NCBI GenBank assembly: GCA_963720545.1
Contig: OY970399.1
Coordinates: 3,616,001 to 3,680,000, forward strand
From: an uncultured Acidobacteriota bacterium
Lineage (GTDB): Bacteria > Acidobacteriota > Vicinamibacteria > Fen-336
DNA: 64,000 bases
Direction of reading: 5' to 3'
Of the stretch, positions 33,878-43,413 are shown piece by piece. The notes under the pieces were generated by a model. The model was not told the origin of the DNA. It saw nothing but the letters and a program-made list of their open reading frames with translations, and made no database searches. The translations under genes were made by a program, and so were the position numbers. Numbering within the stretch: the first letter of the stretch is position 1; each line of letters opens with the position of its first letter.

Positions 33878-34723
33878 ATGACGATAGCGATTGTGACAGG
33901 CGCCTCCTCGGGCATCGGGGAAGCCACGGCGGAACGGCTCGCCAAGGCTGGCTACACGGTCTACGGGACCAGCAGGCGAGGAGCCGCAGTGGGCGCCCGC
34001 TCGTTCCACATGCTGCCCCTCGACGTGACGAGCGATGCATCGGTAGAAGCCGCCGTCAGCGAAGTGACGCGGAGGGAGGGCCGCATCGACCTGCTCGTGA
34101 ACAATGCCGGCTTCGGTGTCGCCCCCGCCGGAGCGGAAGAGAGCTCGATCGCTCAGGCCCAGTCGATCTTCGACACGAACTTTTTCGGGGTCGTTAGGAT
34201 GACACGCGCCGTCGTGCCCCACATGCGGCGCCAAGGGAGTGGGCGCATCATCAACATCGGCTCCGTGCTCGGCTTACTGCCGATGCCGTATGGGGCGCTC
34301 TATGCCGCAACCAAGCACGCGATCGAAGGGTATTCGGAATCGCTCGATCACGAGCTGCGCACTCGGGGGATCCGGGTCTCGGTCATCGAGCCTGCCTACA
34401 CGAAGACTCAGTTCGACGCGAACTTCCTCGAACCCGACGCCAAGCTCGACGAGTATCGCGAGGCCCGCGCGGCCCTGGGCGAGGTGCTGAGGGAGGTGAT
34501 GGCGGGCGCCGACGAGCCGGACGTCGTGGCCGACGTCGTGCTGGAGGCGGCCAGTGCGGCTCGCCCGAGAGTCCGCTACACCGCCGGTGGGCTCGCGAGC
34601 CGCCTGCGATGGCTTCGCCGACTCGCCCCCGCGAGACTCGTGGATGCCGGAATTCGAAAGGACCTGCGGCTCGACACGGCGACCGGTTCGCGCCGCCGAC
34701 CCGCGGTCCTGGCCCAGCGATGA
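33878..34723 (+). CDS. SDR family oxidoreductase
   Basis: TGASSGIG, NNAG, YAATK. Confidence 0.92.
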   Translation: MTIAIVTGASSGIGEATAERLAKAGYTVYGTSRRGAAVGARSFHMLPLDVTSDASVEAAVSEVTRREGRIDLLVNNAGFGVAPAGAEESSIAQAQSIFDTNFFGVVRMTRAVVPHMRRQGSGRIINIGSVLGLLPMPYGALYAATKHAIEGYSESLDHELRTRGIRVSVIEPAYTKTQFDANFLEPDAKLDEYREARAALGEVLREVMAGADEPDVVADVVLEAASAARPRVRYTAGGLASRLRWLRRLAPARLVDAGIRKDLRLDTATGSRRRPAVLAQR

Positions 34724-35721
34724 AGGCATTCATCATCGATCGTTATGGACGCGGCCAGAGGGTACGCGCTGGCGAAATGCCAGACCCGGAGATGCGTGAG
34801 GATGACGTATTGGTTCAGATCCACGCCGCTGGCGTGAACCTTCTGGATTCCAAAATCAGGTCCGGAGAGTTCAAGCTCCTATTGCCTTATCGCCTGCCCC
34901 TCATCTTGGGGAATGACGTGGCCGGGGTCGTGCTCAGGGTCGGATCTCGTGTGCGACGATTCAAACCCGGTGACGAGGTCTACGCGCGGCCAGATCAGGA
35001 TCGAATCGGTACGTTCGCCGAGCTGATCGCGATCAAAGAAACGTCGGTAGCGAAGAAACCCAAGAACCTCACCATGGAAGAGGCGTCCGCCATCCCTCTG
35101 GTTGGACTGACTGCCTGGCAAGCGCTGATCGAGAAAGCGAGTCTGAGGAAGGGACAGAAGGTCTTCATCCAGGCGGGCTCGGGCGGTGTGGGTACGTTTG
35201 CCATTCAGCTGGCCAAGTACGTCGGTGCGATGGTGGCGACGACAACGAGCACGGACAACGTGGATTTCGTCAGAAGCCTTGGGGCCGACATCGTCATCGA
35301 CTACAAGAATGAGGACTTCGGGAAAGTCCTCAGTGACTATGACGTTGTTTTGAACAGCCTGGACAAGGTGACGCTCGCCCAGTCTCTGCGAGTGCTCAAG
35401 CCTGGCGGACGGCTCATCTCAATTTCAGGCCCGCCGGATCCTGACTTTGCGCGAGATATCGGAGCGTCTTGGAGCCTGAGGCAGATCATGCGCTTCTTGA
35501 GTTACGGGGTTAGAGCAAAAGCAAGGCGCCACCAGATCGACTACTCCTTTCTTTTCATGAGAGCGAACGGCGATCAGTTGACGGAGATCACTTCCCTCAT
35601 CGAGTCCGGAATCGTCCGCCCAGTCGTGGATCGGGTCTTCCCCTTCGAATCGACGAGGGACGCCATGGCCTACGTCGAAGCAGGACGCGCAAGAGGTAAG
35701 GTCGTCGTCAAGGTAAGATGA
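34720..35721 (+). CDS. NADP-dependent quinone oxidoreductase-like MDR
   Basis: AGSGGVGTFAIQLAK, GRARGKVV; ATGA overlap. Confidence 0.92.
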   Translation: MKAFIIDRYGRGQRVRAGEMPDPEMREDDVLVQIHAAGVNLLDSKIRSGEFKLLLPYRLPLILGNDVAGVVLRVGSRVRRFKPGDEVYARPDQDRIGTFAELIAIKETSVAKKPKNLTMEEASAIPLVGLTAWQALIEKASLRKGQKVFIQAGSGGVGTFAIQLAKYVGAMVATTTSTDNVDFVRSLGADIVIDYKNEDFGKVLSDYDVVLNSLDKVTLAQSLRVLKPGGRLISISGPPDPDFARDIGASWSLRQIMRFLSYGVRAKARRHQIDYSFLFMRANGDQLTEITSLIESGIVRPVVDRVFPFESTRDAMAYVEAGRARGKVVVKVR

Positions 35722-35767
35722 CAGTGCAGTTGCAGCACCTCAGCAACGAATCTCGCCAAGCGGCGAC

Positions 35768-35881
35768 CCGGATGCACGCCGGCATGAGGCGGTCGTAGTA
35801 GGCAGGACTTTGGCGCCGCGGGAACCACACGAAGTCGCTATCGGCCCAGTCGCGCGGACGAAGATTCTCCGATTTCGTCAA
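35768..35881 (-). pseudogene. LysR substrate-binding domain remnant
   Basis: Translates to LRPRDWADSDFVWFPRRQSPAYYDRLMPAC, which resembles the LysR 'F.WFPR..SP..YD.LM..C' segment. Confidence 0.5.
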
Positions 35882-35933
35882 GACACGAATCGCGCTCGGC
35901 GCCGAGGCCGTCCCGCTAACTTGTTGCTGGAGT

Positions 35934-36009
35934 TGGTGGAGCTGAGGGGGATCGAACCCCTGACCTCGTGAATGCCATTCACGCGCGCTCCCAGCTGCGC
36001 CACAGCCCC
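35934..36009 (-). tRNA. tRNA-Ala(GGC)
   Basis: 76 nt GGGGCTG...CAGCTCCACCA; G3:U70 pair; anticodon loop ATGGCAT; GTTCGATCC T-arm. Confidence 0.97.
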
Positions 36010-36025
36010 AGGGTAGGAACGAAAA

Positions 36026-36280
36026 CTACGCGGAAATGCTAGCACGGATCTCCGCCAGTTCCTGCGCTGTGGGCAAGGTCGGGCGGTACTTGCGATCGAT
36101 CCTGGCGTACCAGTAGCGGGCGTTCGCTTCGTCCCCTTCCATGCGGTGGGCGACGGCGTGGATCCAGTTGGCCACGGGTTCGTCTTCGTGCTCCTGGACG
36201 ATGACGTGGGCCTTTTCCCAATCGCCTTTTTCGGCGTGGGCGATCGCTTCCAGGAGCAGGGCGCGCAGCGGTTCTTTCAT
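36026..36280 (-). CDS. Conserved hypothetical protein
   Basis: DWEKAH..VQ...WIHA..HR.EGD..NARYWY motif; TATACT and GAGG upstream. Confidence 0.8.
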   Translation of the reverse strand: MKEPLRALLLEAIAHAEKGDWEKAHVIVQEHEDEPVANWIHAVAHRMEGDEANARYWYARIDRKYRPTLPTAQELAEIRASISA

Positions 36281-36337
36281 TCGCCTCTTCGGAGTATATT
36301 GGTTCCAGTAGCTCCCGGATCCCTCCGTGGAGTTTGC

Positions 36338-37006
36338 ATGAGAACCCTGCGAGTGTTCTCGACCTTTGCCGCGGGCGGGCTCGGTTTCCTCACGCTCCTG
36401 GCGTTCGAGCCCGCCATGGCGCCACAGAATTACGGTGTGGCGCCGCCGCTCGCGCGCTATGCCGGTGTTTACAACGCGGGCTTTCTCGACGTCACCATTG
36501 TGCTGCGGGCCGATGGGGTGCTGACCTCTTCTGCTCGCGGGTTTCCCGGGAACGTGCTGGTGGCTGCGGGGCTCGACCAGTTCACGCTGCAACACGTTCC
36601 TGGCTACCGGCTCGAGTTTCTTCGTGATGAGCACCGCGCCATGGTGGGGCTGATCCTGCACAAGCCGAGCGGCAGCTATGCGGCGGTGCGCAAGGCCGAC
36701 CACACCTCTGTCGCTACTCGCTCCTTGTCCTCTTTGTCCGGCACTTATACGTCCGGAACGTTCGATGCCGTGATTGCGCTGCGCCCTGACGGGGTGCTGA
36801 CGGCGTCGGTTCCCGGCCGCGCTCCTTCGGAGCTCCTGCCGGACGGCGAGCTGGCGTTCACGCTGCGGGACATGCCGGGCTATCGGCTGGAGTTCAGGCT
36901 TGGCGAACGCAACCAGGTGCTGGGCGTCATCTCCAGCCAGCCCAATGGCTCGTTTGCGGCGGTGCGCAAGGTGGTGGCGAAGCCGCTGGCACGGAGCGCC
37001 GGCTAG
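36338..37006 (+). CDS. Secreted protein with two DUF3471-like domains
   Basis: Internal duplication: G.Y...LR.DGVLT.S...FTL...PGYRLEF...P.GS.AAVRK twice. Confidence 0.7.
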   Translation: MRTLRVFSTFAAGGLGFLTLLAFEPAMAPQNYGVAPPLARYAGVYNAGFLDVTIVLRADGVLTSSARGFPGNVLVAAGLDQFTLQHVPGYRLEFLRDEHRAMVGLILHKPSGSYAAVRKADHTSVATRSLSSLSGTYTSGTFDAVIALRPDGVLTASVPGRAPSELLPDGELAFTLRDMPGYRLEFRLGERNQVLGVISSQPNGSFAAVRKVVAKPLARSAG

Positions 37007-37737
37007 CGGCTGGCGTATGCGGTCGCGCGGAGGATGGCGCCTTCGAACGCCTGCACCGTTTCCTCGTCGCTGCCGACAACACCGATGACGGTCGGTCCCA
37101 CGCGCACCATGCCGACAACGGTCCCCAGGACGCGCGCGCGGTAGTGCGGCGAGAACCGCACGTCGTGGTTCATCACGAAGATCGACACCTGCTTGCCGGT
37201 CTCGTCATCCTCATAATAAAGATGCGGGGTGAGCGACAAGTCGGCGAGCGGGCAGAAGCGGCCGCCGAGAAGCGCGAGGTCGCCGTTCCTCTCGGGCAGG
37301 TAGGGAAGCGGCGTGCCCTGGCGGTAGAACCAGCGCGCCACCAGGTTCATGTCCTCGCTCCACACCTTCGCGGGGATGTTCTTGCGGTTGAAGCATTTCT
37401 TGTGGTCGGCCACGAGCTCGCGCGCCACGAACCACGGCTCGCCGCGGCCGATGAGCACGCCAAAGAGGAGCACGGCCCCGAATGGCACCAGCACCTGCAG
37501 CCAGCTCAGGCGGCGCGGCTGCAGCGCCTCCTGGAGACGCCGTTCCAGGCCGCGCGGCAGGTCCTCGCTTTCGGCGCGGCGCAGCAGCTGGCGCACGTGC
37601 TGTTCGCCCGCGAGCTGCACCCGGCACGGGGCGCACTCGCCCAGGTGCGCCTCCACACCGTGACGGTCGGGGAGGTCGAGGGCATCGTCGAGATAACCGG
37701 TGACGAGCTCGGAGCGGCAGTTGAGCGTCATGGTCAT
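37003..37737 (-). CDS. Zinc-finger (zf-HC2) anti-sigma factor
   Basis: HLGECAPC, one TM helix, LLGGRFC periplasmic motif. Confidence 0.85.
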   Translation of the reverse strand: MTMTLNCRSELVTGYLDDALDLPDRHGVEAHLGECAPCRVQLAGEQHVRQLLRRAESEDLPRGLERRLQEALQPRRLSWLQVLVPFGAVLLFGVLIGRGEPWFVARELVADHKKCFNRKNIPAKVWSEDMNLVARWFYRQGTPLPYLPERNGDLALLGGRFCPLADLSLTPHLYYEDDETGKQVSIFVMNHDVRFSPHYRARVLGTVVGMVRVGPTVIGVVGSDEETVQAFEGAILRATAYASR

Positions 37738-38228
37738 GGCCGCACGTCTTCCAGCAGGCGGCGCAGCACCGAGCGGCCGCGATGGATCCGCGACATCACG
37801 GTAGCTTCCGGCACCAGGGTGACGGCGGCGATCTCGGCGTACGAAAAGTCCTGCACGTCGCGCAGCACCACGGCTGTGCGATACGGCTCCGGCACCTGCG
37901 CCACCGCGCGCCAGGTTGCCTCGTCGTCCTGCTCGAGCGCCGCCTGCGGCATCGGTGTGGTCGACTCGAACACCACCGGTCCTTCGATGAGCGCCGCACG
38001 CGCCTCGCGCCGGAACATGTCGGCGCGCACCTGGTGCAGCACCTTGTAGAGCCACAGCCGGATGCCGGTGCCCGGCTCGTAGCCGGCGAACTGCTTGTAC
38101 GCACGCACGAACGTGTCGTGCACGAGGTTCTCCGCCTTGTCGCCAGGGCCGACGAGGCGGCACGCCGTGCCGAACAGCTCGCGGCGGTGGGGCAGTGCTT
38201 CGGCCTGGAATCGGGCTCGGTCGCTCAA
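37734..38228 (-). CDS. ECF RNA polymerase sigma factor
   Basis: AENLVHDTFVRAY, WLYKV, FSYAEIA...TVMSRIHRGR; TTG start with GGAG. Confidence 0.85.
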   Translation of the reverse strand: MSDRARFQAEALPHRRELFGTACRLVGPGDKAENLVHDTFVRAYKQFAGYEPGTGIRLWLYKVLHQVRADMFRREARAALIEGPVVFESTTPMPQAALEQDDEATWRAVAQVPEPYRTAVVLRDVQDFSYAEIAAVTLVPEATVMSRIHRGRSVLRRLLEDVRP

Positions 38229-38313
38229 GCGGCTCCATGGTATGTCGCGGTACCACAGAAGCAAACGGCCTGCGTCACGCGCCTTTGCGGGCCGACTAGA
38301 ATGGCGGCGCCAC

Positions 38314-38673
38314 ATGAGATACATGACGACGGCCGAGGTCGCTCGCGAGCTGGCCGTCAGCAAGCAGACGCTTCTCAACTGGCTCTACCAGGGCAAGGTC
38401 CCCGAGCCGCCGCGCGATTCGCGCCGCTATCGGCTGTGGAGCGCGTCGCGGGTGAAGCTGGTGCGCGAGCTGATCGCCGACGGCCGGCTGCGCAATCGCA
38501 CGGTCATCCACCGCTCGCCGTCGAAGGCGGCCGAAGTGGTGACCGCGTTCGCCCGCGAGGTGAACCAGTTCGTGCGCGACGCCGAGATCGACCCGCGCTC
38601 ACTGGTGCGCGAAGCCAAGCGCCTCAACCCGCGCCTCTGGTCGAAGACGGAGAAGAAGGCCCGCCGCCGCTAA
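38314..38673 (+). CDS. MerR/excisionase-like HTH protein
   Basis: MTTAEVARELAVSKQTLLNW...P.RDSRRYRLW. Confidence 0.75.
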   Translation: MRYMTTAEVARELAVSKQTLLNWLYQGKVPEPPRDSRRYRLWSASRVKLVRELIADGRLRNRTVIHRSPSKAAEVVTAFAREVNQFVRDAEIDPRSLVREAKRLNPRLWSKTEKKARRR

Positions 38674-38681
38674 GGCGAGCG

Positions 38682-39650
38682 TCAGGCCACGAGCTCGAAC
38701 GCGACGACGGTGCTGTCGTCGTGCCAGCCGCTTACGCCCACGGGGCCTGGCCCCGCGGCAGCGGCCTCGATCAGCAGGTCGCAGGCGCTTGCCGGCGTCA
38801 GCATCGAGCCGCCGCCTCCGTCCAGCACGCCGGTCACGGTGTCGCTCGAGCCCTCGAGCGCATCGGTGACCCCGTCAGTGACGACGACGCCCACGTCGCC
38901 CGGTTCGAGGTCGATCTCGCTCGGCGCGAAGGCGGTCCCGGGCAGGAGGCCGAGCGGCGGCGAGGTGGAACCGAGCGCGCGGCCGCGGCCGCCGCGCAAC
39001 AGCACCGCCGCCGGATGGCCGGCGTTCACGTACGTGAGCCGCGGCGGCTCGGCATCCAGCCGGCCGATGAACGCGGTGGCGTACGGCACGCCGGCGTTGT
39101 CCGCGTAGAGCGCTTCGGAGAGTCGCGCCGCGATTGCCGCGGGGTCGCTCGAGCCGCGCGCGGCGCTGCGGAACATCGCTCTGAGCGACGCGTGCAGCAG
39201 AGCTGCCGGCACGCCCTTGCCGGAGATGTCGCCGACGATCAGCATCGACGCTCCGTCCGGGCGTGCGACGAGGTCGTAGAAGTCGCCGCCCACCGCCCAG
39301 GTGGGGAGCAGCCGCGCCGCCCAGCGGTAGTTGCCGGTGCGTTCGGGCAGCTCCGGCAGCAGGTTGCGCTGGATCTCGGCGGCGAGCCGCATCTGCGTAT
39401 CCATGCCGATGCGTGCTCGTTCCAGGTCGCTGAGCCGCCGCTCGGTCGCGCGCAGGTGCAGCCAGAGATACGAAACCGCGGTCAGCCCGAGCGTGAGGAT
39501 GACGTCGCTGATCCAGCCCAGGTCGGTGGGATCGGCGTGCACCGCGGCGACCACCGCCCTTTCGATGACGGCGCCGAGCACGAAGGTGATGGCGCCGGCG
39601 GCGAGGGAGAGGATTGCCGGCCGAAACCGCGGGTCGCGGGCAATGGTCAC
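38682..39650 (-). CDS. Membrane PP2C/SpoIIE phosphatase
   Basis: GGDFYD, DISGKG, NAGH, TDGV, DDST; start uncertain. Confidence 0.9.
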   Translation of the reverse strand: MTIARDPRFRPAILSLAAGAITFVLGAVIERAVVAAVHADPTDLGWISDVILTLGLTAVSYLWLHLRATERRLSDLERARIGMDTQMRLAAEIQRNLLPELPERTGNYRWAARLLPTWAVGGDFYDLVARPDGASMLIVGDISGKGVPAALLHASLRAMFRSAARGSSDPAAIAARLSEALYADNAGVPYATAFIGRLDAEPPRLTYVNAGHPAAVLLRGGRGRALGSTSPPLGLLPGTAFAPSEIDLEPGDVGVVVTDGVTDALEGSSDTVTGVLDGGGGSMLTPASACDLLIEAAAAGPGPVGVSGWHDDSTVVAFELVA

Positions 39651-39811
39651 TACTGATCTGACTCGGGTGTGCCGGACGAGGTTGCTTCCTTTCACGCTTG
39701 TAATGCGCCGGAAAGCCGCCCGCCACCTGCTGCTGCGTCTATATAGGTGTCACGACCCCCGGGGCGGCCGTGGCGGCGTTTGCAAACTGGCCCCTCTCGA
39801 GGTCCATCGAT

Positions 39812-41278
39812 ATGAAAACTCGTTTCCGGCTCGGTCTGGCCGCGGCGGCGGTGATGCTGTCGGCCGCCTTCATCGGAATGAATGTGAAAACTCCAGCGGT
39901 GCGCGCCGAAGTGGCGACTGCTGCCGCGCCGGCCTCTTCGGTGGCCGGTGTGCCACGGGACACCGCCTCCTACGCCGACCTGGTGAGCCGTGTTTCGCCT
40001 TCGGTCGTCACTGTGCGCAGCCAGCGGATGGTGCGGGCTGCGAGCCAGCAGTTCGACATTCCAGAAGAGCTGCGGCCGTTCTTCGGCGACGGCCCGGGCT
40101 CGGGCCCATCCGCGCCGCGCCGGCAAGGGGCGCTCGGCTCCGGCGTCATCGTCTCGGCCGACGGCTACATCCTCACCAACCATCATGTGGTCGATGGCGC
40201 GCAGAAGATCAACGTCGATCTCTCCGACCATCGCACGCTCACCGCCCGGCTCGTCGGCTCCGATGCGCCCAGCGACCTCGCGGTCCTCAAGATTGACGCG
40301 AAGGACCTGCCGGCGCTGCCGATGGGCGACTCCGCGCACTCGCGGGTGGGCGACGTGGTGCTCGCGTTCGGCAACCCGCTCGGCATCGGTCAGACGGTGA
40401 CGATGGGCATCATCAGCGCCAAGGGTCGCGCCACCGGCGCGGGCGACGGCAGCTTCGAGGACTTCATCCAGACGGACGCGCCCATCAACCAGGGCAACTC
40501 GGGCGGCGCGCTCGTCAACCTGCGCGGCGAGCTGGTCGGCATCAACTCGCAGATCGTGTCGCCGTCGGGCGGCAACATCGGCATCGGCTTCGCCATCCCG
40601 TCGGCGATGGCAAGCAACGTGATGCAGCAGTTGCGCAACGGCGGGCGCGTGGCGCGCGGGCAGCTCGGAGTCACCGCGCAGACCATCACTTCCGACGTCG
40701 CGCAGAGCCTCGGCATGAGCGAAGTGCGCGGCGCACTCGTCGGCACGGTCACGGCCGGCAGTCCGGCGGCGAAGGCCGGCATCAAACAGGGCGACGTCAT
40801 CCTGAAGGTGGACGGCACGCCCATCGATGACAGCAACAGCCTTCGCAACCGCATTTCCGGCACGAAGCCGGGTTCGCACGTGGAGCTGAGCGTGCTGCGC
40901 GATGGCCGCGAGCAGACGATCGGCGTCAACCTCGGCCAGCTGCAGGCGCGCGCCGAGGATGCCGACGACGACACGGCCGGCGGCACCGCCAACGGCCCGC
41001 GGCTCGGCCTCACCGTCAGGCCGCTGTCTCCGGAGGCGGCGCGGCGGCTCGGGCTCGCGAAAGACCAGGGGCTCGAGATCGCGGGCGTCGATCCCGAGGG
41101 GCCGGCGGCGCAGAGCGGCTTCCAGCCGGGCGACATCATCCGCACGGTGGACGGCAAGCCGGTGGCCGACGCGGCGTCGCTGCGCGCGGCGGTGGGGGCA
41201 GCGAAGACGCGGCCCGCGCTGGTGCTCGTGGCGCGCGACGGCGGCAACTTGTTCCTCACGCTCGACCCGCGCGGCTGA
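39812..41278 (+). CDS. DegQ/HtrA serine protease with 2 PDZ domains
   Basis: LTNHHV, SDLAV, TDAPINQGNSGG. Confidence 0.95.
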   Translation: MKTRFRLGLAAAAVMLSAAFIGMNVKTPAVRAEVATAAAPASSVAGVPRDTASYADLVSRVSPSVVTVRSQRMVRAASQQFDIPEELRPFFGDGPGSGPSAPRRQGALGSGVIVSADGYILTNHHVVDGAQKINVDLSDHRTLTARLVGSDAPSDLAVLKIDAKDLPALPMGDSAHSRVGDVVLAFGNPLGIGQTVTMGIISAKGRATGAGDGSFEDFIQTDAPINQGNSGGALVNLRGELVGINSQIVSPSGGNIGIGFAIPSAMASNVMQQLRNGGRVARGQLGVTAQTITSDVAQSLGMSEVRGALVGTVTAGSPAAKAGIKQGDVILKVDGTPIDDSNSLRNRISGTKPGSHVELSVLRDGREQTIGVNLGQLQARAEDADDDTAGGTANGPRLGLTVRPLSPEAARRLGLAKDQGLEIAGVDPEGPAAQSGFQPGDIIRTVDGKPVADAASLRAAVGAAKTRPALVLVARDGGNLFLTLDPRG

Positions 41279-41351
41279 GCGCCGTCCGGTTGCGGGACCG
41301 GGTGAGATAATGACCCTCGTTGCGAACGATGATCGCTGTGCGCTGCTCGCG

Positions 41352-42026
41352 ATGAGGGTACTGGTGGTGGAAGACGACACCACGATCGCGGAGTTCGTGG
41401 CGCGCGGCCTGCGCGAAGCGGGTTTCGTCGTGGACTCCGCGCATGACGGTGACGACGGCTTGCGGCTGGCGCTCGACCACGACTACGACGCCGCGGTCGT
41501 CGACGTCATGCTGCCGTCGCGCGACGGGCTGGGGCTCATCGGCGAGCTGCGGCGCCGTCGGCGGGCGACGCCGGTGCTCATCCTGAGCGCCCGCCGCGAG
41601 GTGCAGGACCGCGTCAAGGGGCTCGAGTCGGGCGGCGACGACTATCTCACCAAGCCGTTCGCATTCCCGGAACTCCTCGCGCGGGTGCAGGCGCTCATCC
41701 GCCGCGCCACCGGCGCCTCGGAGCCCACGAGCCTCGAGTTCGCCGACGTGCGGCTCGACCTCCTCACCCGCGAGGTGCGCCGCGCCGGCCGCAAGCTCGA
41801 CCTGCGGCCGCGGGAGTTCGCGCTCCTCGAGTACCTGCTGCGCAACCCCGGCCGCGTCGTCTCGAAGACGGCGATCCTCTCGCACGTCTTCGACTACGGC
41901 TTCGACCCGCGCACCAACGTCGTGGACGTGCTGGTCCACCGGCTGCGCGACAAGCTCGACCGCGACTTCGACGTGAAGCTGATCCAGACGGTGCGCGGCG
42001 CCGGGTATGCCCTCCGGCTGGCTTGA
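41352..42026 (+). CDS. OmpR-family response regulator
   Basis: VVEDD, DVMLP, DDYLTKPF, IQTVRG.GY. Confidence 0.95.
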   Translation: MRVLVVEDDTTIAEFVARGLREAGFVVDSAHDGDDGLRLALDHDYDAAVVDVMLPSRDGLGLIGELRRRRRATPVLILSARREVQDRVKGLESGGDDYLTKPFAFPELLARVQALIRRATGASEPTSLEFADVRLDLLTREVRRAGRKLDLRPREFALLEYLLRNPGRVVSKTAILSHVFDYGFDPRTNVVDVLVHRLRDKLDRDFDVKLIQTVRGAGYALRLA

Positions 42027-43410
42027 GCGGCTGCGGCCGGCGCTGACCTTCCGCATCGCGCTCTGGTACGCCGCCGTCTTCATCGTCAGCGCGCTGGCGC
42101 TGTTCGCCCTGAGCTACCACCTGCTACGGCGCTCGCTCGAAGCGGGCGATCACGACCTCATCCGCGCCACGCTTGCCGAGTACTCGTCGCAATACGAGGC
42201 TGGCGGCCTCGAGTCGCTGCGCCTGGTTCTCGATGCACGCCAGGGCGCCGGCGGTTCGTCCGACCTCTACGTGCGCATCGTCGGTCCGGCCCAGGAAACC
42301 GTGTTCCTCAGCCTGCCGCGCGGCTGGGCGGAGCTGCGTGCCGATGCGTTCTCTGGCGGCCGCGGCGCCGGCATCCTCGAATGGTCCGCGGTTCCCGGCC
42401 GCTCGCCTGGCGACGCGCTCGAGATCGCGTCGCTGCGCCTCACCGACGGCACCTTGTTCCAGGTGGGCCGCGGCACGGAGCGCCGCACCGAGGTGCTGGC
42501 CCGCTTCCGCGGCGTACTCGCGTGGATGCTGGCGCTGGTGCTGGTCACCGGCCTCGCCGGCGGCACGCTCTTCACGCATTCGGCGCTGCGGCCGGTGCGC
42601 GAGCTGACCCGCGTGGTGAGCGGCATCGTGGCCACCGGCAGCCTCTCGCAGCGCGTGCGCGCGGGCGGCCGCAGCGACCCCATCGACACGCTCGCCGGCC
42701 ACGTCAACACCATGCTCTCGCGCATCGAACGCCTGGTCACCGGCATGCGCGAATCGCTCGACAACGTGGCTCACGACCTGCGCACGCCGCTGACGCGCCT
42801 GCAGGTGATCCTCGAGGACGCGCTGCAGAAGGCGGAGCCGGGCCGCTCGCGCGACTCGATCGCCGACGCGCTGGAGGAAACCGAGCGGGTGACCGGCACC
42901 CTCAACGCGTTGCTCGACTTGTCGGAGGCGGAGGCGGGCGCGATGCGGCTCGAGATACAGGATGATGCACCGGTCACCCTCGCCGCCGTCGTCGCCGATG
43001 CGGTCGAGCTCTACGCCGACCTCGCCGAGGAGAAAGGTGTCGCCATCGCCGTTTCGATTGCAGACGGGCTGGCGGTGCCGGGGGATCGTCGCCGGCTGCG
43101 GCAGGTGTTCGCGAACCTGGTGGACAACGCGGTGAAGTACACACCGCGGGGCGGGCGCATCACGATCGAAGGTCGCGCCGACGGTGACACGGCTATGGTC
43201 GAGGTGGCAGACACCGGGCCGGGAATCGCTGCCGCCGACCGCGAGCGGATCTGGGAGCGCCTCTATCGCGGCGATCGCAGCCGCTCGGAGCGCGGCCTCG
43301 GCATCGGCCTCAGCCTGGTGCGCGCCATCGTCGCCGCCCACGGCGGCACCGCCGACGTCGCGAGCGAAGCCCCTGAAGGCGCCCGCTTCCGCATCCGCCT
43401 GCCGCGCTAA
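42007..43410 (+). CDS. HAMP sensor histidine kinase
   Basis: AHDLRTPL, NLVDNAVKY, DTGPGI, GLGIGL. Confidence 0.95.
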   Translation: MPSGWLERLRPALTFRIALWYAAVFIVSALALFALSYHLLRRSLEAGDHDLIRATLAEYSSQYEAGGLESLRLVLDARQGAGGSSDLYVRIVGPAQETVFLSLPRGWAELRADAFSGGRGAGILEWSAVPGRSPGDALEIASLRLTDGTLFQVGRGTERRTEVLARFRGVLAWMLALVLVTGLAGGTLFTHSALRPVRELTRVVSGIVATGSLSQRVRAGGRSDPIDTLAGHVNTMLSRIERLVTGMRESLDNVAHDLRTPLTRLQVILEDALQKAEPGRSRDSIADALEETERVTGTLNALLDLSEAEAGAMRLEIQDDAPVTLAAVVADAVELYADLAEEKGVAIAVSIADGLAVPGDRRRLRQVFANLVDNAVKYTPRGGRITIEGRADGDTAMVEVADTGPGIAAADRERIWERLYRGDRSRSERGLGIGLSLVRAIVAAHGGTADVASEAPEGARFRIRLPR

Positions 43411-43413
43411 CTG

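Larger units (their letters stand above)
33041..35977. mobile_element. Integrase-less genomic islet at tRNA-Ala(GGC)
   Basis: Bounded by ~45-bp direct repeats; last gene visibly more AT-rich than its flanks. Confidence 0.75.

Noticed and set aside
39710..39745. SigmaE-type promoter for degQ
   Set aside because: GGAAAG to CGTCTA spacing is about 20 nt, too long to call
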